From Acidobacterium sp. (GTDB taxonomy: Bacteria > Acidobacteriota > Vicinamibacteria > Vicinamibacterales > UBA2999), in the NCBI GenBank assembly GCA_002737365.1, contig NSIL01000004.1, positions 128,019-192,018 on the forward strand: a DNA stretch of 64,000 bases, read 5' to 3'. This document shows, in pieces, positions 27,885 to 40,347 of this stretch (position 1 is its first letter; each line of letters begins with the position of its first letter). The position numbers and the translations under genes are program-made. The notes beneath the pieces are model-generated. The model was not told where the DNA came from, searched no databases, and worked only from the letters and a program-made list of their open reading frames with translations.

Positions 27885-27993
27885 GTCTTACCGACGGCGT
27901 CCGACTGGGTGGCGCAGCTCCAGCATGGTCAGTAGTATGGCGCGAGCGGGGCTGTCAGGCGAGCAGCAGGGACGAAGTGGCAGGTCCGGCGCC

Positions 27994-27999
27994 TATAAT
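27994..27999 (+). promoter_or_regulatory. candidate -10 box (perfect TATAAT) for the esterase-like gene
   Basis: TATAAT sits in otherwise GC-rich DNA, 34 nt upstream of ATG 28033. The -35 region (GACGAA at 17-nt spacing) is poor. Confidence 0.3.
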
Positions 28000-28032
28000 T
28001 GGCCCAACGTTCGTGACCGACGGGAGGTAGTG

Positions 28033-29652
28033 ATGAGGCGATGGGTGGGTGCTCTCAGCGTGGCGGTGGTCGCCGCCGTGGCTGGCGTGATGGCGCAAAC
28101 GCCGGCGGCCAGCCGCGGCGTGCGGGTTGAGATCTCGTTTCCCGCCAGCGTCCACAGCGGTCCGGTCACCGGCCGGGTCTACGTGATGGTGTCGCGCACC
28201 AACGACCGCGAGCCCCGCCTGCAGATCGGCCGTACCGGCACGCCGTTCTTTGGACGCGACGTCGAGAAGCTGGCGCCAGGGCAGTCGGCCATCATCGACG
28301 TAACGGACCTGGGGACACCCGTGGCCAGCCTTCGCGACCTGCCGCCCGGCGATTACTACGTGCAGGGCTTCGTTAACATCTACTCTGAGTTCAAGCGCGC
28401 CGACGGCCACGTCGTCTGGATGCACGACGACCAGTGGGAAGGGCAGCGCTGGAACATCTCACCGGGCAACCTCTACAGCGATCCACAGCGGGTGCGGATC
28501 GACGCGACCACCGAAACCATCAAGTTGTCGGCCACCAACATGATTCCGGCGGTCGTGGTGCCGGCCGACACGCTGTGGGTGAAGCGCTTCAAGATTCAGA
28601 GCGCGCTGCTGACGAAGTTCTGGGGCCGGCCGATCTATCTCGGCGCGACCGTGCTGCTGCCTCGCGACTACGACACTGCGACGGTCAGGTACCCGGTGCT
28701 CTACCGGCAAGGCCACTTCGGGCTCGGCGCGCCGCTCGGCTTCCAGGACGGCAGCGAGATTGCAGAGGCGTGGGCGCGTGACGACTTCCCGCGCATGTTG
28801 GTGGTGACGCTGCAGCACCCCTCGCCGTACTTCGACGACAGTTACGGCGTGAACTCCGTCAATCTCGGTCCCTACGGCGACGCGCTGATTGAGGAGTTGA
28901 TCCCGGAAGTAGAGAAGCGCTATCGCGCCATCGGCCAGCAGTGGGCGCGCATTACCGACGGCGGCTCCACCGGCGGGTGGATCTCGCTCGCGCACCAGAT
29001 CTTCTATCCCGATTTCTACGGCGGCGTGTGGTCGTACTGTCCCGATTCGGTGACCTTCACCGATGTCGAGGGCATCAACGTCTACAAGGACGACAACGCC
29101 TTCTACCGCAAGGTCGACTGGCGGACCGTGCCCATCATCAACACGCGCGAGGTGAACGGGCACGTGCGCCTGACCTCGGAGCAGCGCAATCACATGGAGC
29201 TGGTCAATGGGACCAAAGGCCGGTCGGGTGAACAGCTCGACATCTGGTCGGCAGTGTTCGGGCCGCTCGGCAAGGACGGCTACTTCGAGCCGCTGCTCGA
29301 CAAGCGCACCGGCACGATCAACCGGGCGGTGGCCGACTATTGGCGCGAGCACTACGACTTGCTGGAGTACCTCAAGCGGAACTGGACCACCGTTGGTCCC
29401 AAGCTGGTGGGCAAGGTCCACGTCTATACCGGGACCATGGATAACTTCTTCCTCAACAACTCGACCCGCGAGCTGGACGAGTGGATGAAGACCACCGCGA
29501 ATCCGCACTACGAAGGCTTCTTCCTCTACGGCGATGGCAAGGGCCACTGCTGGCAGGGCCCCGAGACGACCGCCGAGCGGCTGAAACAGATGGCCGCGCA
29601 CATCATGAGCCGCAAGCCCGACGGCATGACCACGCCGTGGTGGCGGTACTGA
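28033..29652 (+). CDS. secreted esterase-like alpha/beta hydrolase (enterochelin-esterase-like 'putative esterase' family)
   Basis: 539 aa from ATG 28033 with GGGAGG 6 nt upstream. Signal peptide MRRWVGALSVAVVAAVAGVMA. GxSxG-type nucleophile elbow in ITDGGSTGGWISL. The track ORF (27424) has a spurious 203-aa extension antisense to the EamA gene. Confidence 0.65.
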   Translation: MRRWVGALSVAVVAAVAGVMAQTPAASRGVRVEISFPASVHSGPVTGRVYVMVSRTNDREPRLQIGRTGTPFFGRDVEKLAPGQSAIIDVTDLGTPVASLRDLPPGDYYVQGFVNIYSEFKRADGHVVWMHDDQWEGQRWNISPGNLYSDPQRVRIDATTETIKLSATNMIPAVVVPADTLWVKRFKIQSALLTKFWGRPIYLGATVLLPRDYDTATVRYPVLYRQGHFGLGAPLGFQDGSEIAEAWARDDFPRMLVVTLQHPSPYFDDSYGVNSVNLGPYGDALIEELIPEVEKRYRAIGQQWARITDGGSTGGWISLAHQIFYPDFYGGVWSYCPDSVTFTDVEGINVYKDDNAFYRKVDWRTVPIINTREVNGHVRLTSEQRNHMELVNGTKGRSGEQLDIWSAVFGPLGKDGYFEPLLDKRTGTINRAVADYWREHYDLLEYLKRNWTTVGPKLVGKVHVYTGTMDNFFLNNSTRELDEWMKTTANPHYEGFFLYGDGKGHCWQGPETTAERLKQMAAHIMSRKPDGMTTPWWRY

Positions 29653-29678
29653 CCGGACAGCGTCACGACGCTGCCCGG
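29653..29678. terminator. hairpin between convergent genes (possible bidirectional terminator)
   Basis: CCGG-a-CAGCGTC-ac-GACGCTG-c-CCGG, between the esterase stop (29652) and the katG stop (29688). Confidence 0.35.
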
Positions 29679-29687
29679 TCAACAGGT

Positions 29688-31907
<2,220 letters not shown>

Positions 31908-33119
31908 CTACCGAACGACGGCGACGCCGCGCAGGTAGACCGCCGAGATCTTCCGCGTATTAGTAATGTCGTCCAACGGGTTGGCGTCGAGCACGATGAA
32001 GTCGGCGGTCTTGCCCGCGGCGATGGTGCCGGTGTTCGGCACCCGCACGAACTCGGCGGCGTTGCGGGTGGCCGCGACCAGGACCTGCGCCGCTGTCATA
32101 CCCGACGCCACCATGTCGGCCATCTCGACGTGCGGCGCCCACGGGGTGTTGCCGTCGGTGCCGATGGCAATCCTGACGCCGGCGGCCGACAGCTTCGCCA
32201 GGTTCCGAGCTTGGATGCCAAACGCCTGCTGGGCCTGCGGCCGATCGGTCGCGGCCGCCTGGATCTTCTGCAGCTCGCCATCGCCGATGCGGCCGCGCAG
32301 CCAGCTGTAATCCACCACAACGCCGCGGTCGGGCATGTTCGGGATCAGCACCACGTTCGGGCGCGCCTTGAACAGCGCCACGATGTCGCCATCGATGTCG
32401 CGATCGCGAATGCCGTGCGCGAAGGCGTCGACGCCGGCCCTCAGCAGGCCCTTGGCGTCTTCGAGCGAGAAGATGTGCGCGGCCACACGGAGCTTCAGCT
32501 GGTGGGCCTCGTCAATCACCGGGCCATACAGGGCCGGTGTCAGTTTCGGGAACTTGCCGTCGCGGTCGTCCACCCAGATCTTGATCAGGTCGACCTTCCT
32601 GGCGGCTTCCTCCTGCACCGCCTTGCGGGCTTCGGCCTCGCTGGTGATCCAGTGGGGCACCTCGGTGCGACCTTTCTCCGGCGCGGTAATGCCGCGGCCG
32701 GCCAGGAACAGGCGCGCGACCCCGGGCGTGGCCTGTGCGCGCTGGGTGAAGGCTGCGTCGGTGCCATCAAGCCCCATGCTGAGCGCCGCGCCGACGCCAA
32801 ACCGCGCTCGTTGCTGCAGGTCGGCGACCAGTTCGGGGGCCGTGGTGCTGGTGTGGACGTGGGTATCGACAATCGCCGGCATCACCGTTTTGCCGGAGAG
32901 GCTGATCCGCGTGGCCCCCGCGGGGACTTTCACCGTGGCGGCGGCGCCGGCCTGCGTGATGCGGTCACCCTGCATCACCACCGTCGCGTTCTCGATGACG
33001 CGGCCATCGCCTACGATCACGCGGGCACCCTCGAAGACGGTGGCGGCCGGCGCCTGCGCGCGCGTGACGGTGAACGCGATTGCGGCTGCGGCTGCGGTTA
33101 GTAGAAGTCGTCTGGTCAT
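31908..33119 (-). CDS. amidohydrolase-superfamily metallohydrolase, secreted
   Basis: About 403 aa from ATG 33119 (MTRRLLLTAAAAAIAFTV signal). HxH motif IVDTHVHT, plus ...KIWVDD..., ...AAHIF..., ...FAHG..., ...IGTDG.... Confidence 0.85.
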   Translation of the reverse strand: MTRRLLLTAAAAAIAFTVTRAQAPAATVFEGARVIVGDGRVIENATVVMQGDRITQAGAAATVKVPAGATRISLSGKTVMPAIVDTHVHTSTTAPELVADLQQRARFGVGAALSMGLDGTDAAFTQRAQATPGVARLFLAGRGITAPEKGRTEVPHWITSEAEARKAVQEEAARKVDLIKIWVDDRDGKFPKLTPALYGPVIDEAHQLKLRVAAHIFSLEDAKGLLRAGVDAFAHGIRDRDIDGDIVALFKARPNVVLIPNMPDRGVVVDYSWLRGRIGDGELQKIQAAATDRPQAQQAFGIQARNLAKLSAAGVRIAIGTDGNTPWAPHVEMADMVASGMTAAQVLVAATRNAAEFVRVPNTGTIAAGKTADFIVLDANPLDDITNTRKISAVYLRGVAVVR

Positions 33120-33158
33120 GATTCTGTTGTTTCCCTCAAGCCTCAAGCCCCAAGCCAA

Positions 33159-34114
33159 TCATTTCTTATAGACCTCCCCGTCCTTCATCACGAACAGCAC
33201 GCGCTGCAGGGCGATGATGTCGGTGAGCGGGTCGCCGTCAACCGCGACGAGGTCCGCGGCCAATCCGGTGGTCATCGATCCGGTGACGCCGCCGAGGCCC
33301 ATCGATTCGGCGGCGAGCGAGGTCATACCAATGATGGCATCCATCGGCCGCTGCCCCGACTTCACGTGCTCGATCGGCTCGCGCGCGTTCTGCCCATGCG
33401 CCCCGGCCACCGCGTCAGTGCCCATCACCATCTTCAGGCCGGGCGTCTTGAGGGCCGCGCCGAACATGACGTCCTTCGACTCCAGTGCCCTGGCCATCGA
33501 CGCGAAGCCCTGCTCGGTGTAGTTACCGATGCCGAGAAAGCGCGACTTGTTCTCGAGGTAGTGCAGCGTGGCGAGACCGCCATGTTCCACCACCGTGCAC
33601 CGTGCCCGCGCCGCGCGAATCATCGATTCCGGGCTGTGCGCGTGCACCATGCTGCGCAGTCCCTGCGCTCGCGCCTCGCTGCACGCGGCGTCGAGCTGTT
33701 CCTGTGACAGCGCCATCCGCCTTCTTCTTGCGGCTGTCGGCGCGAATCTCGTCGGGCGTCCTCTTCGGGTTCGAAATCTGTCCTCGCGACGACAGCAGTC
33801 GGGGGCCGGGAATCACGCCGCGCGCGAGCGCGTCGCGCAGCGGCTTGTCCGACATGGCCCCGACGCTCTGCACCATGGTAGAGCCCGCCACCAGATTGAG
33901 GTAGGCGTTCTCGGCGCCGTACAGGGCGGCCTGCTCCAGCGGCGCCGCCGACGCGAACGACTGTGCCGTCGCGCACGGTGACGACCGTGTTGCGCAGAAT
34001 CTGGCCTTTACCGTCGACCACGATGCGCGCGCGCAGCGTGACCTCCAGAGCCTGCTGCGCGCCGGGCACGGCCACTAGGGCCGACAGCAGGACCGCAACC
34101 AGGGTGGTTCGCAT
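33159..34114 (-). pseudogene. fragmented amidohydrolase gene (tandem to 31908..33119)
   Basis: Three pieces in three frames. N-terminal: MRTTLVAVLLSALVAVPGAQQ...RARIVVDGKG...VTVRDGT. Middle: ...EQAALYGAENAYLNLVAGSTMVQSVGAMSDKPLRDALARGVIPGPRLL. C-terminal: LSQEQLDAACSEARAQGLRSMVHAHS...VVEHG...GTDAVAG...LVAVDGDPL. The HxH region is missing and the total length is about 300 bp too short. Confidence 0.8.
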
Positions 34115-34216
34115 GCCGCCGATTATGCGCCAAGTCAGGGTGGGCTCCGGTGGGTTAGAATCGCCGCGCCGCAGGCTCCCTGCCGGCCGCCAACAAGAGA
34201 GTGAGTCATAGACCAG

Positions 34217-35878
34217 ATGAGCCGCAGGACCTTCGGATTAGCGCTTGGCGCCGCCGCCGTCGGGGGACCGTTGCACGCCCTCTCGTCCGGCGAACCCGCC
34301 CAGGCCCGGCCGGCCGTCACGAGACCAGACGAGCTGTGCGACCTCGGCGCCGTTGACCTGGCCGCGCGCATCCGGCGTAAAGACGTGTCAGCCCGCGATG
34401 TGATGGCCGCGCACCTGGCGCGGATCGAGCGCGTCAACCCGAAGGTTAACGCGATCGTGACGCTGGTGGCCGGTCGCGCCATGGCCGATGCCGCGCGTGC
34501 TGACGAGTAGACCGCCCGCGGAGGAGCGCTTGGCGTGCTGCACGGGTTGCCGGTCGCGCACAAAGATCTGGTCGACACCGCCGGCATCCGCACCACGCGC
34601 GGGTCGCTGTTCTATAAGGACAACATCCCCACGCGCGACGCGCTGATCGTGACCCGCATCAAGGCCGCCGGTGCGGTCATGTGCGGCAAGACCAACACGC
34701 CTGAACTCGGCGCCGGATCGCAGACGTTCAACCAGGTGTTCGGTGCGACGCGCAATCCGTACGATGTCACCAAGACCTGCGACGGCAGCAGCGGCGGCGC
34801 CGCGGTCGCGCTGGCGTGCGAGATGGTACTGATCGCTGATGGCAGCGACACCGGCGGCTCACTCCTCAATCCGGCCGCCTTCTGCAACGTGGTCGGCTTG
34901 CGGCCGTCGCCCGGCCACGCGCCAACCGAGGGCGGGTGGGACCCGCTGTCGGTGTCGGGGCCGATGGCCCGGTCGGTGGCTGACGCCGCGCTGTTCCTGA
35001 GCGCGATCGCGATTCCCGATGGACGCAGTCCGCTGTCGCTCATCGACGATCCGGCCCGCTATCGGGCCGCCCTCGACCGCCACTTCAAGGGCGTGCGCGT
35101 CGCCGGGTGGCAGGGACTCGGCGGCATTCCCTTCGAGAGCGAGATCCGCACCGTCGTTGACGGCAATCGACGTGTGTTCGCGGACCTGGGATGCGTGATC
35201 GAAGACGCCGAGCCTGACTTCACGGGCGTGGACCAGGCCTTTCCGGCGCTGCGCTTCGCCGCCAACCATCCGCGCAATTCGGCGCTGCTGCGCGAGCGGC
35301 CCGAATGGGTGAAGGATACGATCAAGTACGAGGCGGCGGCGGAACGGCTCACCGGCGTCGATCTCGGGCGCGCCACGGCGCGACAGACGTTGATGTTCTA
35401 GCAGAGCCGCCAGTTCTTCGAGCGCTATGACTACTTCGTGCTGCCGGTCACGCAGGTCTCGCCGTTTGATGTCACGACGCCGTACCCGACCCAGGTGGCG
35501 GGCACACCCATGCCGACCTATCTCGACTGGATGCGGTCGTGCTGGTATGTCACCTTCATGACCAACCCGGCCATCTCGGTCCCGGCCGGCTTCACGGCGG
35601 CCGGCCTGCCCATCGGCATTCAGATTGTCGGGCGCCATCGCGACGAGTGGAGCGTGCTGCAACTGGCGCACGCGTTCGAGGGCACGACGCACCACAGCCG
35701 GCGCCGGCCGGCGCTGCTTGGGGCGTCGCGCCCTGGCCGCAAGAGGACCAAAGCCGACGACGCCAAGGCCGATGTCTTGGAAAAACGCTGTCTGATTAAC
35801 CGAGCAGGGCCCGGGTGGCCCAGGCACAGACGAACCCGATGTAGTTGCCCACCGCGTACCCGAAGATGCCGAGGATGA
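34217..35878 (+). pseudogene. amidase-signature (AS) family amidase with Tat signal peptide, interrupted by two in-frame TAG codons
   Basis: One reading frame carries MSRRTFGLALGAAAVGG (twin-Arg motif) ... RADE-TAG(34508)-TARGGALGVLHGLPVAHKDL ... GSSGGAAVALA ... TLMF-TAG(35399)[15 protein letters not shown]...ISVPAGF...[11 protein letters not shown]. The 3' end is uncertain because the frame runs on into the convergent gene. Confidence 0.75.
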
Positions 35879-36932
35879 TGCCGGGCGTCACGAGGCCCGG
35901 CCACTTCATCGACATCGCCAGCGCGAGCGCCGACCCGGGACCGCCCACGGCCGCCTGGCTCGCAATCGTGATACTGCCCAGGTCGAGGCCCAATCGCCAA
36001 CCCGCGCCGTAAACGACCGTGGCATGGATCGCGACAATCGTGATCATGTAGGCGAAGAGCACCAGCCCCTGGCCGATGAGGGCGCTGAAGACCGCCGAGG
36101 TGCCGATCACGACGAAGAACAGGTGGAGCGCGAAATACGAGAGTACCGCGGCGCCGTTGAATCGCTTGAGCGCGGGTAACTGCGCGGCCGCGAGCGCCAG
36201 GGTCGTCTGCCAGAGCACCAGCGGAGATCCCGGCAGTAGCGGCGAGAGGAACTCGGAGGCCCAGAGAATGGCCAGCGGCAGCGCGCCGAGGACGGCGAGG
36301 TCGGCGATGCCAATCTCGGCGTGAGACCAGCGCCGGCGGATGTCCTGGGCGGCTTCGGCGGTCGCATCGGGTGCGCCGTCTGGAAGCGGCTTGTAGAAGC
36401 GCACCAGCAGGCGGTAGAGCGCGACCTGCGCGAGCATCCACGGCACCGTCGAGAGGTTGTTGGCCACCGCAGCCGCGGCAAACACGTTCGGATCAGTCCG
36501 CAGTTCGCGGCCGACGGCGGCGAAGTTCATGCCGCCGCCCACGAACGATCCCGCGAACTGGCCCGAGAGCTTCCAGGTCTCGGACCCGACCAGGGGCGCG
36601 AAGGCGAGGCTGGCCAGCAGCGCGCCGGCAAAGCTGCCGAGGATCGCGAGCCCGAACGCCGTGACCATCACCCTGCCGGCGGTACGCAGCTCGCGGAGAT
36701 CCGAGGAGAGGATCACCAGCACGATTGCGTACGGAATCGCGTAGGTGTTGACGCCGTCGTAGGCGGGCGAGGCGTGCGGCATCACGCCGATGTTCGAGAG
36801 GATAATGCCGGCCAGCGTGCAGACCACCGCCGAGCTGATCTGCTGCACGAACGCGAACCGCTGCTCCAGCGCGCGTGCGCCCGCGATCACGCCGAGCATG
36901 AACGCCATCAGGGCGACTGGATGCTCGATCAT
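35796..36932 (-). CDS. polytopic membrane protein, DUF819-like
   Basis: 378 aa, about 11 TM. Last gene of the minus-strand operon, 3 nt after the OppF-like stop. The family assignment is from memory of the DUF819/YjcL architecture. Confidence 0.6.
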   Translation of the reverse strand: MIEHPVALMAFMLGVIAGARALEQRFAFVQQISSAVVCTLAGIILSNIGVMPHASPAYDGVNTYAIPYAIVLVILSSDLRELRTAGRVMVTAFGLAILGSFAGALLASLAFAPLVGSETWKLSGQFAGSFVGGGMNFAAVGRELRTDPNVFAAAAVANNLSTVPWMLAQVALYRLLVRFYKPLPDGAPDATAEAAQDIRRRWSHAEIGIADLAVLGALPLAILWASEFLSPLLPGSPLVLWQTTLALAAAQLPALKRFNGAAVLSYFALHLFFVVIGTSAVFSALIGQGLVLFAYMITIVAIHATVVYGAGWRLGLDLGSITIASQAAVGGPGSALALAMSMKWPGLVTPGIILGIFGYAVGNYIGFVCAWATRALLG

Positions 36933-36935
36933 GGC

Positions 36936-37904
36936 CTATGCCTGCAAGTGGCAGGCACTGACGTGCCCGGCACCCACGGGCCGCAATGTGGGGACCTGTT
37001 CGGCGCACACCGCCACCGCCTGCGGGCAGCGGGTGCGGAAGACGCAGCCCGAAGGCGGCGTAATCTGGCTGGCCGGCTCACCCTTGAGGGCCAGACGGGT
37101 CCGCGGCCGGCCCGGTTCCGCCACCGGCACGGCCGAGAGCAGCGCCTGCGTGTAGGGGTGCGCCGGACGGCTGAACAGCGCGGTCTTCGGCGCCAGTTCC
37201 ATGACGCGTCCGAGGTAGATCACCGCCACATGGTCCGCGATGTGCTCCACCACCGCCAGGTCGTGTGCGATGAACAGCATCGTCAGGGCGTGCCGCTCCT
37301 TCAGGTCGCTGAGCAGGTTGATGACCTGCGCCTGGATCGAGACGTCGAGCGCCGAGACGGGTTCGTCGGCGACCAGGAATTCCGGCTGCACCGCCAGCGC
37401 CCGGGCGATGACCAGTCGCTGCCGCTGTCCGCCAGAGAACTCATGGGGGAAGCGCACGAGGTAGTCGGCCGGCAGGCCCACCTCGTCGAGCAGCGCGGCG
37501 GCGCGCGCTGTTCGATCGGCCCGGGTGCCGATCCGATGCAGCGCCAGCGCGTGCCGCAACATCGCGCCGACCGTCTCGCGCGGATTCAAGGCGGCGTAGG
37601 GGTCCTGGAAGACAATCTGCATGCGCTTGCGGGCGCGGCGCAGGTCGGGCTTCGCCAGGGCCAGCACGTCGACGCCGTCGAAGTGCACCGATCCCGCCGT
37701 GGCCGGTTCGAGCCGCAGTACGAGGCGGCCGACGGTGGTCTTGCCCGAGCCGCTTTCGCCGACCAGGCCCAGCACGTCACCGCGCTGGATCGAAAAGCTC
37801 ACGCCGTCGACCGCCTTCACGTGTCCGACGACCCGCTGCAGAAGGCCGCCGTGCAGAGGGAAGTGCTTGACCAGTCCGTCGACCCGCAGCAGCGCGTCGG
37901 TCAT
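36936..37904 (-). CDS. oligopeptide/dipeptide-type ABC transporter ATP-binding protein (OppF/DppF-like)
   Basis: ATG 37904 ([15 protein letters not shown]). Walker [10 protein letters not shown], signature FSGGQRQR, and a C-terminal oligopeptide-ABC extension (CVFRTRCP). ATGA overlap with the upstream gene. Confidence 0.92.
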   Translation of the reverse strand: MTDALLRVDGLVKHFPLHGGLLQRVVGHVKAVDGVSFSIQRGDVLGLVGESGSGKTTVGRLVLRLEPATAGSVHFDGVDVLALAKPDLRRARKRMQIVFQDPYAALNPRETVGAMLRHALALHRIGTRADRTARAAALLDEVGLPADYLVRFPHEFSGGQRQRLVIARALAVQPEFLVADEPVSALDVSIQAQVINLLSDLKERHALTMLFIAHDLAVVEHIADHVAVIYLGRVMELAPKTALFSRPAHPYTQALLSAVPVAEPGRPRTRLALKGEPASQITPPSGCVFRTRCPQAVAVCAEQVPTLRPVGAGHVSACHLQA

Positions 37905-38926
37905 GCGTGCGCCTCTGCCGAGAGAGCCAGGTCGCGCCAGCGCCCGCACCGAACGTCATGTCCGGGCCCGCTCGATTCGAGGGCCGGCGCGGTCGCCAGG
38001 CAAGCCGGCACCACGTGGCCGCAGCGATTGGAGAAGCGGCACCCAGGTGGCAGCAGCGCCAGCGTCGGCACCTGACCGGGAATGGCGGGCAGGCGGCCGC
38101 CGGCCCGGCCCAGGCGCGGCCTCGATGCGAGCAGTCCGGCGGTGTACGGCATGCGCGGGTTTGCGAACAGGTCCGCGACCTCACTCGACTCCACCACCTG
38201 ACCGGCGTACATCACGAGCACCCGGTCGGCAATGGAGGCGACGACGCTCAGGTCGTGGGTGATGAAGATGACGGCCATGCCGAGCTGGGCCTGGAGGTCC
38301 TCGATGAGATCCAGTATCTGGGCCTGGATCGTGACGTCGAGGGCCGTGGTCGGCTCGTCGGCGATCAGCACGCTCGGCTTACACGCCAGCGCCATGGCGA
38401 TCATCACGCGCTGACGCATGCCCCCGGACAGCTCGTGCGGAAAGCTCCCGGCCCGCCGCTGCGGCTCGGGAATGCCAACGAGCGCCAGCATGTCCACGGC
38501 ATGGGCCAGCGCCCGGTCGCGACTGAGGCCCTCGTGGCATTCGACGACCTCGGCGACCTGCGCGCCCACGGTATGGACCGGATTGAGGCTCGTCATCGGC
38601 TCCTGGAAGATCATGCCGACGTGGCGGCCGCGGACGTCGCGCATCTCGTCCTCGGACAGCGTCGTCAGCTCGCGGCCTGACAGGCGGATCGACCCGCCGG
38701 CGATGCGCCCGGTGCCGGCCGGCAGCAGGCGCATGATCGAGAGCGCCGTCACCGACTTACCCGATCCACTTTCGCCGACGATGGCCAGCGTTTCGCCGGC
38801 TCCGACCGAGAAGCTGACGCCGTCGACAGCGACGAGCGGACCGCCATTCCCGGACGCGAAGGTCGCGCGCAGATCGCGGACCTCGAGCAGCGGGGCCGTG
38901 GTGCTGGCCGGCACAGCGCCGCTCAC
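37901..38926 (-). CDS. oligopeptide/dipeptide-type ABC transporter ATP-binding protein (OppD/DppD-like)
   Basis: GTG 38926. Walker [10 protein letters not shown], signature LSGGMRQR, C-terminal CRFSNRC block. GTGA overlap with the upstream gene. Confidence 0.92.
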   Translation of the reverse strand: MSGAVPASTTAPLLEVRDLRATFASGNGGPLVAVDGVSFSVGAGETLAIVGESGSGKSVTALSIMRLLPAGTGRIAGGSIRLSGRELTTLSEDEMRDVRGRHVGMIFQEPMTSLNPVHTVGAQVAEVVECHEGLSRDRALAHAVDMLALVGIPEPQRRAGSFPHELSGGMRQRVMIAMALACKPSVLIADEPTTALDVTIQAQILDLIEDLQAQLGMAVIFITHDLSVVASIADRVLVMYAGQVVESSEVADLFANPRMPYTAGLLASRPRLGRAGGRLPAIPGQVPTLALLPPGCRFSNRCGHVVPACLATAPALESSGPGHDVRCGRWRDLALSAEAHA

Positions 38927-40347
38927 CGCCGTCCGAGCTCCTCGAGCGCCTGCGCAACACCGTCCAGGTGCGTGAGATGCATCGAGGCGTAGTTCGGGGC
39001 GAGGACCACACCGTGGCCGCCGGCACGATAGGTGGCGAGCACCGACCGCCGCACGATGTCGGTCGAACAGCGCGCGGTGTCCGGCCGCGTGCGAGGTGCA
39101 TCGACGCCCACACCCATGTAGACCTTCGCCCGACCCTCAACACCGCGCACCGCTTCAGCGCACTGCCCGAAGACATAGGTGTCGGGATCCATCCCGGCCG
39201 AGACCAGTTCCGCGAACGGGGCTTCGTTCAGGCCGAGGATGCGGAAGAGCGCGGCCGTGCTCTCATCGGGCGTGAAGTCGCGCAACACGGTCTTGCGCAG
39301 GAAGCCGAGCTCCTTATTCCAGACTTCGCCGGCCTGGTGCTGGTAGGTGATTGGCTTGACGAAGTCGGCGTAGCGGGTCTGCTCGGCCCACGGCCACTGT
39401 GCCCGGCGCAGCAGATTGAAGTGGTTGCGGTTCCACACGTTGAGGCCGAAGGGCAGCGTCGGCTTGCACCACTTCACCAAGCCGTAGAGCTCTCGGTCGA
39501 GGTCCTTGTTGCGCTCGAGCCAGAACTTCTCCCACACCAGTGCCTCGGGGTTCTCGAGCAGAACCCGCAGGAACGTGACCAAGGTACCGTCCACGAACGT
39601 CTTGCCGGCCGCCGCCTCCTGCATGAAGTCGTAGAGCCGCAGCAGCGCTTGGCGGCAGGCCTCGACGTTGACACCGCGCTCGCCGGCCTCTTGCCGCGCG
39701 GCCGGCGAGAAGTCGCCGGGCGCTCCGCCCTGAATCAACGTGTCGAGCGGCGAGTTGCGCTCGTTGCACCACATCACGCCGTCGATCGGGTGATTGCGCA
39801 CCTGGTCTTCGAGCATCGAGTGAATCCACGTGCGGTAGCCCGGGTGTGATGTCGACGGCTCGCTGCCGAAGCGGCCGAGCAGATCCACCTCCATGGCCTG
39901 GGCCAGTGTCGGCACCTCGACGGCGGCGGCCGAGCCGTGGCCGGCGTACTTGAAGAACGGCTCCATCAGCTCGATGTAGACCTGCATGCCGCGGGCGTGC
40001 GCGGCCGGCAGCACCATCTTCAGGATGTCCTTGCCCTCGAACTCGCGATCGCGACTGCGATAGTCGGCCATGAACGTGTCGCGGTAGTAGCGCGGGTCGG
40101 GATCGAAGTACGCGCCGCCGCGCATTTGATACGGCTTGGGCACGCCGTGATCGGGCCAGCCATCAAGCGCGTGGCTGATCGATCGTCCGCTCTTGAGGCC
40201 GAGCCAGCTGACAGTGCCCAGCATCAGCACGTTGACGCCGACGCGGTGCTGCAGCGTGTCGAGCACCGCCTCGACGCCCTCGTCCACGAAGCTGATTGGA
40301 CTGATCTGAATACCGACGAACTTGTCCTGCGGCAGGGGAGTGGTCAT
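38923..40347 (-). CDS. hypothetical protein (474 aa), no family recognised; possibly a TIM-barrel glycosidase-like fold
   Basis: ATG 40347 ([33 protein letters not shown]...) overlaps the TGA of the aminotransferase. It has a normal globular composition, unlike the Arg/Pro-rich upstream part of the 755-aa track ORF. The alternating beta/alpha-like pattern in the first ~300 aa is only suggestive. Confidence 0.7.
   Translation of the reverse strand: MTTPLPQDKFVGIQISPISFVDEGVEAVLDTLQHRVGVNVLMLGTVSWLGLKSGRSISHALDGWPDHGVPKPYQMRGGAYFDPDPRYYRDTFMADYRSRDREFEGKDILKMVLPAAHARGMQVYIELMEPFFKYAGHGSAAAVEVPTLAQAMEVDLLGRFGSEPSTSHPGYRTWIHSMLEDQVRNHPIDGVMWCNERNSPLDTLIQGGAPGDFSPAARQEAGERGVNVEACRQALLRLYDFMQEAAAGKTFVDGTLVTFLRVLLENPEALVWEKFWLERNKDLDRELYGLVKWCKPTLPFGLNVWNRNHFNLLRRAQWPWAEQTRYADFVKPITYQHQAGEVWNKELGFLRKTVLRDFTPDESTAALFRILGLNEAPFAELVSAGMDPDTYVFGQCAEAVRGVEGRAKVYMGVGVDAPRTRPDTARCSTDIVRRSVLATYRAGGHGVVLAPNYASMHLTHLDGVAQALEELGRR

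Noticed and set aside
27424-28032. 203-aa N-terminal extension of the esterase-like ORF
   Set aside because: It is antisense to the EamA transporter and low-complexity. An internal ATG at 28033 with a GGGAGG RBS and a signal peptide is a far better start. The same logic was applied to the extensions at 3840, 19211, 33158, 42976, 44198, 47152, 47958, 47822, 49372, 50421, 50909, 53024, 53930, 55042, 56091, 57580, 60594 and 60860.
34508-35401. The two in-frame TAG codons read as programmed recoding (e.g. pyrrolysine or a reassigned amber codon)
   Set aside because: TAG clearly terminates several neighbouring intact genes, no pyl genes or recoding signals are visible, and adjacent genes are also decayed. 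Simple nonsense mutations are the economical reading. It is kept as a finding only because it is checkable.
36321-38075. 584-aa plus-strand ORF
   Set aside because: Antisense to the DUF819-like and OppF/OppD genes, which are validated by Walker and signature motifs. It is extremely Arg/Gly/His-rich.
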